Positions 9,490 to 18,075 of a stretch of DNA of 64,000 nucleotides are shown piece by piece. This DNA comes from Oscillospiraceae bacterium. GTDB lineage: Bacteria > Bacillota > Clostridia > Oscillospirales > Oscillospiraceae. A program made the position numbers and the translations under genes. Within the stretch, counting starts at the first letter, position 1; each line of letters begins with the position of its first letter. The stretch is taken from the NCBI GenBank assembly GCA_902802045.1, contig CADCKQ010000001.1, forward strand, positions 310,759 through 374,758, read 5' to 3'. The notes beneath the pieces are model-generated. The model was not told where the DNA came from and made no database searches. It saw only the letters and a program-made list of their open reading frames with translations.

Positions 9490-9810
9490 TTATCGGTGTA
9501 AACATGTACATCAATAGTGGACGTTTATTCCTTGTAAAAACCCTCTAGTTTCAAGGCTTGTGCACGCAGTGAACGCTATTTTCAAAAATCCAAAAAAAAT
9601 ACATAATATACGTATATCTGCAGAAAAACAAAAAGTTTTAATGTCTGTGCACGCTTTCACTTAACGGCTGAGCCGTTGCATCACAGCACTTTCAGCTGTT
9701 CAGCGGATTGCACCGGGCGTTCACCCGTGTGCACCGTTCATTTCCCCTGTACAGTATTTCCCGCCGTAGGCATCCCTGTACTCCATTTTTTCGGGTGACG
9801 GATGATGAAA

Positions 9811-9847
9811 GGAACAGCTCCGTGGTCGGAGCTGTTCCTGTTTTTTG
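9811..9847. terminator. Strong hairpin terminator; better T tract on the + strand, A tract on the other side
   Basis: GGAACAGCTCC (9811-9821) pairs with GGAGCTGTTCC (9828-9838), then TGTTTTTT. It lies 30 nt beyond the stop of the minus-strand membrane gene. Confidence 0.65.
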
Positions 9848-9867
9848 AAGTATTCTTTTATCCGGCC

Positions 9868-10722
9868 TTAAGTCAGATGCTCGAATCCGTCGTCTTCGGA
9901 GATCTTCTTCTCTTCCTCTGTTCTGGAGGGTTTCTTTCTTAAATTGTTGACCAGGATCCAGACATTGAATATCTGCTGCGCAGCTGCTCCGAAGAAGACC
10001 AGATATTCTCCGATCAGGTGGGAGTCTGCCAGTGTCATTACACACAGGAGGCAGCCTATCATGTTCAGGAAAAGCGTTCTCCATACATTCCCGGAGGAGA
10101 AAAGAAATCCTGCAGTGGCAAAGTATGACAGGAGCGCAGCACACGCTGTGACAAGCTCTATAAGATATTCCCAGGTCTCAGGGTTTATATCATTGACTTT
10201 GTATGTCTTTATGACCCAGACTCCGAACAGCAGGACCGGAAGTATCGACAGAATGCTGAGAGGTCCTGTCTTGAACTCATCGTCATTCGCTGCCGACATA
10301 AGCAGCCCGTACGAGATGCCCGAAAGCACGGCAAGTATTCCGCACACAATATACAGGCCGGCATCTTTCTGGACCTCTGCCTGCCCTATTATCAGAAAGC
10401 CTCCTATCGCCATTATGGTTGCGAAAGTCCATCTTAAGAAAGCCGGCAGTTTGCCGTCAATCGAATAGGCTTTGAAGAAATTATCAGGCATATAGTATCT
10501 GATATCCTTCAGTTTTTTCAGAAACGAGGCAAAAAGCACTCCTGCGCCGATTATCGCGACTATGACGAGCACGTTCCAGAATCCGGGCGTGTTGAGCCCC
10601 AAGTCGTCAAAAGCTATCATGTTCTGCATCCATCTGAAGAACATGCAGAACGCTGAGGCGCCCAAAGTATATCCTATAATGGGAATTGCCTTCTTCTGCA
10701 GGATCTTTTTATCTTCTTTCAT
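9868..10722 (-). CDS. Uncharacterised polytopic membrane protein (about 7-8 predicted TM segments)
   Basis: Hydrophobic segments run throughout. Start set at MKEDKKILQ (ATG 10722) because the longer ORF runs into folA. It overlaps the folA stop by 14 nt. Confidence 0.6.
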   Translation of the reverse strand: MKEDKKILQKKAIPIIGYTLGASAFCMFFRWMQNMIAFDDLGLNTPGFWNVLVIVAIIGAGVLFASFLKKLKDIRYYMPDNFFKAYSIDGKLPAFLRWTFATIMAIGGFLIIGQAEVQKDAGLYIVCGILAVLSGISYGLLMSAANDDEFKTGPLSILSILPVLLFGVWVIKTYKVNDINPETWEYLIELVTACAALLSYFATAGFLFSSGNVWRTLFLNMIGCLLCVMTLADSHLIGEYLVFFGAAAQQIFNVWILVNNLRKKPSRTEEEKKISEDDGFEHLT

Positions 10723-11188
10723 ATGTGCAAAAACGGAATACCGTTCCGTCCTCCTCCATATCAGGGCTTTGCTCCGTACATTCCCAATCGGGGTCTTCAT
10801 CGAGATCGGGAAAATATGAATCCGATTCGGGCGCAAGGTTGATCTTTGTAATGTATATTTTATCGGTATATGGCAGGAACTGTCTGAAAATGCTGGCGCC
10901 GCCTATGCAGAGGCATCTGTCGTATTTAGAAGCTGCAAGCAGGGCCTCCTCCGTGCTGTGGACGACCTCGGCCCCTTCTATCTCGACATTCTGCCGTGTG
11001 ACGACAATATTGTTCCTGCCCTTCAGAGGCTTTCCGCCCGGAAAATCCCCCAGGGTCTTTCTGCCTACCAGAACGGCGGCACCTGATGTCAGTTCCCTGA
11101 AATGAGCTCTGTCCGCCTTAAGGACCACCTGCTGTGTACCCTTGCTTCCGATACCCCAGTCCGAGAACACCGCGACTATTGCTTCCAT
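10709..11188 (-). CDS. folA: Dihydrofolate reductase
   Basis: IVAVFSDWGIGSKG...LVGRKTLGDFPGGKPLKGRNNIVVTR; 159 aa. Confidence 0.9.
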   Translation of the reverse strand: MEAIVAVFSDWGIGSKGTQQVVLKADRAHFRELTSGAAVLVGRKTLGDFPGGKPLKGRNNIVVTRQNVEIEGAEVVHSTEEALLAASKYDRCLCIGGASIFRQFLPYTDKIYITKINLAPESDSYFPDLDEDPDWECTEQSPDMEEDGTVFRFCTYERR

Positions 11189-11199
11189 CTGTTTTCTCC

Positions 11200-12030
11200 T
11201 CAGACCGCCACAGGTATCTTATCGCTGAATTCGGAATACTCGTAGTTTTCCATGGTGAAGCTGTCTCTGCTGAATTTATAGAAATCATCTATGCTCTCAT
11301 CGACATGAAAGGCCGGAGCCGGATACTGCCTGTTTTTAAGGATCTTTTCGACCGATTCGATGTGTCTGTCGTAAATATGCGCATCCGCAATGACATGTAC
11401 AAGCTCACCCGCTTTCAGTCCGGAGATCTGCGCGAGCATGATCGTAAGCACGCTGTACTGGACTACATTCCAGTTGTTTGCTGCCAGCATATCCTGGGAA
11501 CGCTGGTTGAGTATGGCATTCAGCGTGTTTCCGCTGACGTTGAATGTCATTGAATACGCGCATGGGTAGAGCGCCATCTCGGAGAGGTCGGCAAAAGTAT
11601 ATATGTTCGTCATTATCCTGCGCGAGGCGGGATTGTGCTTCAAATCCCAGATAACTTTATCGACCTGATCCATATCACCTTCAGGATAGTGATGCTTGAC
11701 TCCGAGCTGATAGCCGTATGCTTTTCCGATCGAGCCGTTTTCATCCGCCCATGCATCCCAGACGCGGGTCCTCAGTTCCCTGACATTGTTGCTTTTGGCC
11801 TGCCAGATCCAGAGAAGCTCGTCTATGGCCGACTTCCAATATGTGCGGCGTATCGTCAGTATCGGGAATTCTTTGGAGAGATCGTATCTGTTGACTATTC
11901 CGAATTTCTTGACGGTATGCGCAGGAGTTCCGTCTTCCCAGCGGGGCCGCACTTCTCTGTCCGTGTCCCAGACTCCGTTGTCTATTATATCTCTGCAATT
12001 CGATATGAATATCTGATCGGCAAGGCTCAT
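11200..12030 (-). CDS. thyA: Thymidylate synthase (ThyA type)
   Basis: GTPAHTVKKFG, PILTIRRTYWKSAIDELLWIW and other ThyA blocks. ATG 12030 is preferred over GTG 12039 because AGAGGAG sits 8 nt upstream of it. Confidence 0.95.
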   Translation of the reverse strand: MSLADQIFISNCRDIIDNGVWDTDREVRPRWEDGTPAHTVKKFGIVNRYDLSKEFPILTIRRTYWKSAIDELLWIWQAKSNNVRELRTRVWDAWADENGSIGKAYGYQLGVKHHYPEGDMDQVDKVIWDLKHNPASRRIMTNIYTFADLSEMALYPCAYSMTFNVSGNTLNAILNQRSQDMLAANNWNVVQYSVLTIMLAQISGLKAGELVHVIADAHIYDRHIESVEKILKNRQYPAPAFHVDESIDDFYKFSRDSFTMENYEYSEFSDKIPVAV

Positions 12031-12058
12031 AGCATACACTCCTCTTTGATTTCGCGTA

Positions 12059-12087
12059 ATTATAGCATAACGGGAATCTTAAGACAA
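12059..12087 (-). promoter_or_regulatory. Putative sigma-70 promoter of thyA-folA
   Basis: Minus strand reads TTGTCT-17 nt-TATAAT. The -35 overlaps the stop codon of the upstream M32 gene. Confidence 0.5.
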
Positions 12088-13587
12088 CTGATACAGAGCG
12101 GTGAATTTTCCCTCAAGATAATCCAGTAAATAATCAGTATTCAGGCTCTCTCCGGTTATTGCGCGAATCCATTCGTCCGGTGTTGAAAGCGATGCGATCG
12201 AAAAGACGTTATCGATCAGCCAGCGGCTGACCTTTATCAGGTTGCCTTTTCTCACTTCTTCAAATACATCAAAGTCTTTTTCCATGCGCCGCAATATCTG
12301 TGCACCGTACGCAGAGCCCAGAGCATATGAGGGGAAATAACCGTAATCCCATCCGCTCCAGTGAACATCCTGGAGGCACCCTTCCGTATCGTTCGGGACC
12401 TCGACTCCGAGATATTCCCTGTATTTGGCATTCCATACATCCGGTATCTCATCCACCGTGATCTCTCCGTTAACAAATGCCTTTTCCATCTCATATCTTA
12501 TCAGCACATGCAGGCAATAGGTCAGCTCATCGGCTTCACAGCGATTCAGCCCCGGCTGAGCGATATTGACTGCTTCGTAAAGCTCTCTCGCACTGACATC
12601 GCTGAAGGTGTCGCCGGAGAGCTCTCTGAGCTTGGGATAAATAAATTCGATAAACGCCTCGCTCCTGCCGATTATGTTTTCGAAAAATCTGGATATACAC
12701 TCATGCATCCCATTGGTCATACGATCTGCCATGTGGTTCATGACGGTCTCATCGGGCTCGTTCTGCATAAACAGCGCATGCCCGCCCTCATGCAAGGTGG
12801 TAAAGACATTCGAAATGAAATTCTCCTCGTGATAATGGGTCGTAACCCGGACGTCCTCTCTGCCGAAGTTGGTCGTAAAGGGGTGCTCCGTGGTCATCAG
12901 CACAAGCGCGCTTTTCGTAAGGCCTTCCAGCTCCAGAAGATACCTTGAGAACTCCTCCTGTTTCGAGATGGAGACCGGTCTTGAGAGAAAATCAGAACGG
13001 ATCTCTTTGCCCTCTTTCTGTATCTTTCCGACAAGCGGGACTATCCTTTTCTTCAAGGCATCAAAAAATGCGTCCAGCTGTCTCTCGTTTCCGCCTTTTT
13101 CGTTGTCGTCCAGACAGGCGTCATAGATCGTCCGGTATTTCCTGTCTCTGGCTTCAACGGCAAATCTGGTATTTTTGATATTTTCGGAGAGCGCTCCTTT
13201 GAATATTTCCCAGTTTCCGGCTTTCTTGGCGGCAAGCCATTTTCCGTAAGCGTCATTTGATGCCAGATCTCTTTTATACAAAAACTCGGGACTCAGGTTT
13301 TTTTCTTTTTCATAGTCCTCCCAAAGCGTTTCGACAAGTTTCTTCTGCACCGGAGCAAGCCCCTCGCTGTTTTCATGCAGCTGTGTGATAAGGCCCGTAA
13401 ACTCTTCGCCGTGCGTTATATCCGTTATATGCATACCGACAAGAGCCATGTCCTTTCCGGCCTGTTCCATTCCGTCCTCAGGGGCGCAGCACTGCATATC
13501 AAAGTTGAGCTTTCCGAGCGTGCGGCCGTAGGCCTCTATCTCGTCAAGAAGCGCGTAAAGTCTTTCCGTCTTTTCCGTATTTGTCAT
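12079..13587 (-). CDS. M32 family carboxypeptidase (carboxypeptidase Taq-like)
   Basis: LHEGGHALF zinc motif and overall M32 layout. Start at MTNTEKTERLY (ATG 13587) with GGGAGG 7 nt upstream. Confidence 0.85.
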   Translation of the reverse strand: MTNTEKTERLYALLDEIEAYGRTLGKLNFDMQCCAPEDGMEQAGKDMALVGMHITDITHGEEFTGLITQLHENSEGLAPVQKKLVETLWEDYEKEKNLSPEFLYKRDLASNDAYGKWLAAKKAGNWEIFKGALSENIKNTRFAVEARDRKYRTIYDACLDDNEKGGNERQLDAFFDALKKRIVPLVGKIQKEGKEIRSDFLSRPVSISKQEEFSRYLLELEGLTKSALVLMTTEHPFTTNFGREDVRVTTHYHEENFISNVFTTLHEGGHALFMQNEPDETVMNHMADRMTNGMHECISRFFENIIGRSEAFIEFIYPKLRELSGDTFSDVSARELYEAVNIAQPGLNRCEADELTYCLHVLIRYEMEKAFVNGEITVDEIPDVWNAKYREYLGVEVPNDTEGCLQDVHWSGWDYGYFPSYALGSAYGAQILRRMEKDFDVFEEVRKGNLIKVSRWLIDNVFSIASLSTPDEWIRAITGESLNTDYLLDYLEGKFTALYQLS

Positions 13588-13681
13588 TTTATGCCTCCCA
13601 AATCTGCCTTGACTTTTCCGCCAAAGCATTTACAATATTACGGTATTTAAAATATCACATTTTCAGTCAGGAGAAAAGCAA

Positions 13682-14587
13682 ATGAATCAATATCTCGACA
13701 TATCGCCGGAAGTCAAAGAAGCGCTTGAGAGCGGGAGACCTGTTGTCGCGCTTGAAAGCACGATAATATCCCACGGAATGCCCTATCCCAGGAATGTTGA
13801 AACCGCACTGACCGTTGAACAGACGATCCGCGACAACGGAGCGGTCCCCGCAACAATTGCTGTTATCGGCGGGCGTCTGAAGGCCGGCCTTACACGTGAT
13901 GAAATAGAATATCTCGGCAAAACGGGAAGAGCGGTCGCCAAGGCCAGCCGCAGAGACCTTCCGGCACTTGTCGCCAGAGGTCTCGACGGCGCGACTACCG
14001 TTACCACCACCATGATCATAGCGAATCTGGCAGGAATCAGGATCTTCGCCACCGGCGGCATCGGGGGAGTCCACAGAGGCGCTGAGGTCACGATGGATAT
14101 CTCGGCCGATCTGGAGGAGCTTGCCCAGACCCCCGTTATGGTTATCTGCGCCGGTGCAAAATCTATCCTCGATCTCGGACTCACTCTTGAATATCTCGAG
14201 ACAAAGGGCGTTCCCGTCATCGGCTATGGAACAGACGAGCTGCCTGCTTTCTATACCCGCGAAAGCGGATTCAGCGTCGATTACAGAGCGGATTCCCCGG
14301 AGGAACTTGCAGCCATGTTCAAAGCTCAGAGAGCTCTCGGATACAAGGGCGGAATGCTTGTAACGAATCCGATTCCCGAAGAGTATTCCATGGACAAAGC
14401 TGTTATAGATAAAGCTATCGATGACGCAATAGCAGAGGCCGGTGCCCTCGGCATAAAAGGAAAAGAGACCACCCCGTTCCTGCTCGCCAAGATAGTCGAG
14501 CTCACGGGCGGAGACAGCCTCGAGAGCAACATAAAGCTGGTATTGAACAATGCGGCTCTCGCAGCAAAGACCGCTGCAAAGATCTGA
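13682..14587 (+). CDS. psuG: Pseudouridine-5'-phosphate glycosidase
   Basis: VVALESTIISHGMPYPRN...GGIGGVHRGA; 301 aa. Confidence 0.9.
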   Translation: MNQYLDISPEVKEALESGRPVVALESTIISHGMPYPRNVETALTVEQTIRDNGAVPATIAVIGGRLKAGLTRDEIEYLGKTGRAVAKASRRDLPALVARGLDGATTVTTTMIIANLAGIRIFATGGIGGVHRGAEVTMDISADLEELAQTPVMVICAGAKSILDLGLTLEYLETKGVPVIGYGTDELPAFYTRESGFSVDYRADSPEELAAMFKAQRALGYKGGMLVTNPIPEEYSMDKAVIDKAIDDAIAEAGALGIKGKETTPFLLAKIVELTGGDSLESNIKLVLNNAALAAKTAAKI

Positions 14588-14601
14588 AAGCGAATAATAT
14601 A

Positions 14602-14629
14602 AGCCCCGCCTTCCGGCGGGGCTTTTTTA
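14602..14629. terminator. Bidirectional intrinsic terminator
   Basis: AGCCCCGCC ttcc GGCGGGGCT followed by TTTTTT. Confidence 0.75.
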
Positions 14630-14633
14630 TGAC

Positions 14634-15206
14634 TTATTCTTCCGTATCTTCAAACTCGAGCAGTTCTCCGCAGCCCGGGCATTTTATGGATCCCTCTTTG
14701 CGGATATCCTCATCGATCGTTATCTCTTCCCCGCAGACAGGGCAGACCACATCGTAGATCGGTTCCGTGTACGGCTCGCTGTTTTTGAAGACTTTATACT
14801 CAGGAGCGTCATCGTCGTTCAGATCGTCCTCTTCTTCAGATGTCTCCGGATCGCTTTGAGAACCTTCGTCCTCCGGGACGGGAACGAGATCATCCACATC
14901 AAGGGTCTCGCATTCATCCTCATACTCGCAGCCTTCGCATTCCCCGTCACACATAAAATCGTCTTCAAAAGGAGGCTGAGGGCAGCAGGAATCGACCATA
15001 TCCTCAAGATAACTCAGGTCTTCGTTTATATCGTCCAGAGCTACCGCGAAATCTTCACTGCCTTTTTCCAGATCCTCGACTTTTCTCGCGAGATCGGAGA
15101 GAAGATCTGTCATGGAATTCCACAAAAGCCCGTCTTTTGATTCGGGCGTGATGCCTAGGCCGGCAACAAGACCCTTTATATAGGCAGCCTTTTCTGAAAC
15201 AGTCAT
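14634..15206 (-). CDS. Highly acidic Cys-rich protein with C-terminal CxxC...CxxC zinc ribbon
   Basis: Helical N-terminal domain, then central CCPQPP...CDGECEGCEYEDEC, an Asp/Glu-rich stretch, and C-terminal CPVCGEE...CPGCGE. Confidence 0.6.
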   Translation of the reverse strand: MTVSEKAAYIKGLVAGLGITPESKDGLLWNSMTDLLSDLARKVEDLEKGSEDFAVALDDINEDLSYLEDMVDSCCPQPPFEDDFMCDGECEGCEYEDECETLDVDDLVPVPEDEGSQSDPETSEEEDDLNDDDAPEYKVFKNSEPYTEPIYDVVCPVCGEEITIDEDIRKEGSIKCPGCGELLEFEDTEE

Positions 15207-15221
15207 ATTATCTCCCTTAAA

Positions 15222-15782
15222 TTACTTTGATCTTCCGAGATACTCGCCTGTGCGGGTGTCTATCTGTATTTTCTCGCCGGGCTCGATGAACAGAGGAACT
15301 TTGACCTCAGCGCCGGTCTCGAGCGTTGCAGGCTTGGTGGCGTTGGTGGCTGTATTGCCTGCGAAGCCGGGGTCTGTAGCTGTAACTTCCAGATCTACGA
15401 AGAACGGAGGCTCAACGTTGAACACCTTTCCTTTATATGAATATATGGTGCACAACATGTTTTCCTTGACGAACTTGAAGCTGTCGCCGAGAACAGAGGC
15501 GTCGACCGGCTCGAGCTCATAGGTCTCAGGGTTCATGAAATAGTAAAGATCTCCGTCGTTGTAGCTGTATTCCATGGTCATACGGTCAACTGTTGCATTC
15601 TCAAATTTTGCCGTCGGGTTGAAAGAAGTCTCAGTAACGGCACCGGTGATGACGTTCTTCATTTTTGTGCGGACGAATGCGGCGCCTTTGCCGGGTTTTA
15701 CATGCTGGAACTCAACGACCTGCATGACCTGTCCGTCCATCTCGAAAGTAACACCGTTTCTGAAATCTCCGGCTGTAATCAT
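15222..15782 (-). CDS. efp: Elongation factor P
   Basis: [18 protein letters not shown]...[22 protein letters not shown] lies 7 nt upstream of ATG 15782. Confidence 0.95.
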   Translation of the reverse strand: MITAGDFRNGVTFEMDGQVMQVVEFQHVKPGKGAAFVRTKMKNVITGAVTETSFNPTAKFENATVDRMTMEYSYNDGDLYYFMNPETYELEPVDASVLGDSFKFVKENMLCTIYSYKGKVFNVEPPFFVDLEVTATDPGFAGNTATNATKPATLETGAEVKVPLFIEPGEKIQIDTRTGEYLGRSK

Positions 15783-15886
15783 AAAAGAACCCTCCAATAA
15801 TTAAACTGTTATTATAGATAATAAATCAACTGATATATTTTATCTTATCATGTCTGCTTTTGCAAGCCTTTTGTGTGTACTCCCTG

Positions 15887-17284
15887 TCAGATGCCTGTAT
15901 CCTCCTGCCGGGCAGCAGGAAAGCTCACGATAAAGATAGAGCCCTGGGGCTTGTTCGCTCCGATGGTTATCGTACCGCCGTGGACATGAACGGCGTCATG
16001 TACGATGCTCAGTCCTAACCCGGTTCCTCCGGATGCTCTGGATCTGGCTTTGTCTACGCGGTAGAATCTGGTAAATACGTTGAGCCTGTCCTCCTCAGGA
16101 ATGCCTATTCCCGTATCGGCAACCGTGATCTCGACTGTCTCCCCTTTGTTTTCAATAATAAGGTCTACGCTTCCGCCGGGATTGTTGTATTTGACGGCGT
16201 TTTCCAGGAGATTGAAAATAATATGGTACATATCGTCTGCTGTAGCCATGACGACACATCCGTCCTGAAGATGGAGCTTTATACGGATGTTTTTGTCATC
16301 TGCCAAAGGCTTTGCAAGCGCATAAGCATCAAGCGCGACCTGCTTCACATCTACGGGTTCCGGCATCACCTGGATGTCGTCGTCAAGTCTTGAAAGATCG
16401 AGCAGTTCCTCCGTAGTCCTCTGAAGGCGCTCTGCCTCGTGACCTATGTCGGATACGAACTCCCTCATTACCGCGGGTTCTATATTCTCATTCTGAAGAA
16501 CGCTGTCACTCAGCAGCCTGATCGACGCCAGCGGAGTTTTAAGCTCGTGGGAGGCGTCGGATACGAAACGCCTTCTCTGCTTTTCCGTCTCGTCGAGCCT
16601 CTCAGTGAGCTTGTTGAATTCGTCCCCGAGCTCAGCTATCTCATCTTTCCCCCGCATCTTCAGTCTGTGTGCGTAGTCGCCTCCTGCAACTGTACGCATT
16701 GAGTCGACAAGAATTTTTATTCTGTCGGTAAGATTCAATACGAAAAACAGAGCGGCAGCAATTGCCAGTATCGCCACTATACCGGATATGACCCTGATCC
16801 TGCTCTGGACATCCAGTATTATCCCTGCCCGTTCGGTGTCTTCTTCGGAAATATACAGAGCCCCGGTTATTACTCCCTGACGGCTTATGGGCATGACACA
16901 CACGCTCCGGAACGCGTCATCTTTGAATGATGAGCGGAAGACCGTCTTGCCTCCAAGCGCTGTCATTATGTCCGGATCCTCTGCCATTACGCCGGCGGCT
17001 CCGCCGTCGTCATATATGACTCTGCCTTCTTCCGAGGCGACAACAGTCCTGTCGTAACCGCTGACTTCCAGGAATGAGAGCACTTCTCTCACTCCTCCGC
17101 TTGTCAGCCTGTCAAGGCCAGAGAGCGAAGAGGAGATGACCGAAGCCTGCGCGCTCATCGCATTTTCTTTTTCCGTAAAGACAAGGTCCCTTGCAGAAAC
17201 AAGAGGATACACGTTCAGAACGACCAGCAGTATGAGCAGAATGACTGCTATGAATCCAAGTACCTGGGTGCGGATGCTGTTCAT
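15887..17284 (-). CDS. Sensor histidine kinase (TM-sensor-TM, HAMP, HisKA, HATPase_c)
   Basis: H-box FVSDASHELKTPL, N-box LLENAVKYN, G-boxes DTGIGI and GGTGLGLSIV. Confidence 0.9.
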   Translation of the reverse strand: MNSIRTQVLGFIAVILLILLVVLNVYPLVSARDLVFTEKENAMSAQASVISSSLSGLDRLTSGGVREVLSFLEVSGYDRTVVASEEGRVIYDDGGAAGVMAEDPDIMTALGGKTVFRSSFKDDAFRSVCVMPISRQGVITGALYISEEDTERAGIILDVQSRIRVISGIVAILAIAAALFFVLNLTDRIKILVDSMRTVAGGDYAHRLKMRGKDEIAELGDEFNKLTERLDETEKQRRRFVSDASHELKTPLASIRLLSDSVLQNENIEPAVMREFVSDIGHEAERLQRTTEELLDLSRLDDDIQVMPEPVDVKQVALDAYALAKPLADDKNIRIKLHLQDGCVVMATADDMYHIIFNLLENAVKYNNPGGSVDLIIENKGETVEITVADTGIGIPEEDRLNVFTRFYRVDKARSRASGGTGLGLSIVHDAVHVHGGTITIGANKPQGSIFIVSFPAARQEDTGI

Positions 17285-17299
17285 CGGGCAAATGTTCCT

Positions 17300-17995
17300 T
17301 TAAAAATCAGCGAAATAGTAACCTACTCCCCATTTTGTGGCTATATAGACCGGTTCGGCCGGATGCGGCTCAAGCTTTTCGCGGAGCCTTCTGACATGCA
17401 CGTCCACAGTGCGTATATCTCCCTGGTAGTCATAGCCCCAGACAAGATCGAGAAGGTTTTCCCTTGTGTAAACTTTTCCGGGATTTTTCATGAAAAACTC
17501 GAGCAGATCGAACTCCTTCATCGTGAGTTCGACCGCTTTTCCGTCTTTATAGGCTGCCCGTCTTTCCGTATCCACAGAGAGATAGCCATTGGAAATAACG
17601 GCAGCTTTGGCTCCGGAAGCGGGCTGGGATGATGCGATGTTCGCGCGTCTCAAAAGCGCCCTGACCCTTGCTTTGAGTTCCATGATATTGAAAGGTTTTG
17701 TTATATAATCGTCCGCTCCGGATTCAAAGCCCATCAGTTTGTCCGAATCCTCACTTCTGGCAGTAAGGATAATGACGGGGACGGTAGAAAAGGTCCTGAT
17801 CTCCTGGCATGCAGTGAGTCCGTCCTTTTTCGGCATCATCAGATCCAGTATGATGAGATCGAAATTTCCGGAGGCAGCCTTGGATACGGCTTCCTCTCCG
17901 TCATAGCACGCCTCGACCTCATATCCCTCGTTCTCAAGATTGAATTTTATACCCTTGACGAGCAGTCTCTCGTCGTCTGCTACCAAAATCTTCAT
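17300..17995 (-). CDS. OmpR-family response regulator
   Basis: MKILVADDE...DLIILDLMMP receiver domain plus winged-helix RTVDVHVRRLREKL...GVGY. Confidence 0.9.
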   Translation of the reverse strand: MKILVADDERLLVKGIKFNLENEGYEVEACYDGEEAVSKAASGNFDLIILDLMMPKKDGLTACQEIRTFSTVPVIILTARSEDSDKLMGFESGADDYITKPFNIMELKARVRALLRRANIASSQPASGAKAAVISNGYLSVDTERRAAYKDGKAVELTMKEFDLLEFFMKNPGKVYTRENLLDLVWGYDYQGDIRTVDVHVRRLREKLEPHPAEPVYIATKWGVGYYFADF

Positions 17996-18075
17996 TGATT
18001 TTCCCCATAACAAACTATATAATTATTATAACTGACTTACAGTATACCATATCTTTGGCGTCATTGGTGACAAAA

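Noticed and set aside
9692-10144. 150-aa minus-strand ORF reaching into the 9490-9867 non-coding gap
   Set aside because: It overlaps the membrane-protein gene in another frame and has no RBS. Its Arg/Cys-rich composition looks like out-of-frame translation. The gap is better treated as non-coding.
17995-18075. N-terminal extension of the PBP ORF (ORF-track start 17995). Similar long starts occur at 390, 4502, 10836, 13629, 15797, 18013, 28938, 31143, 33178, 36373, 40046, 50188, 51731, 56986 and 57378.
   Set aside because: In each case an internal start has a properly spaced Shine-Dalgarno sequence and gives a canonical N-terminus. The longer version overlaps the neighbouring gene or lacks an RBS.
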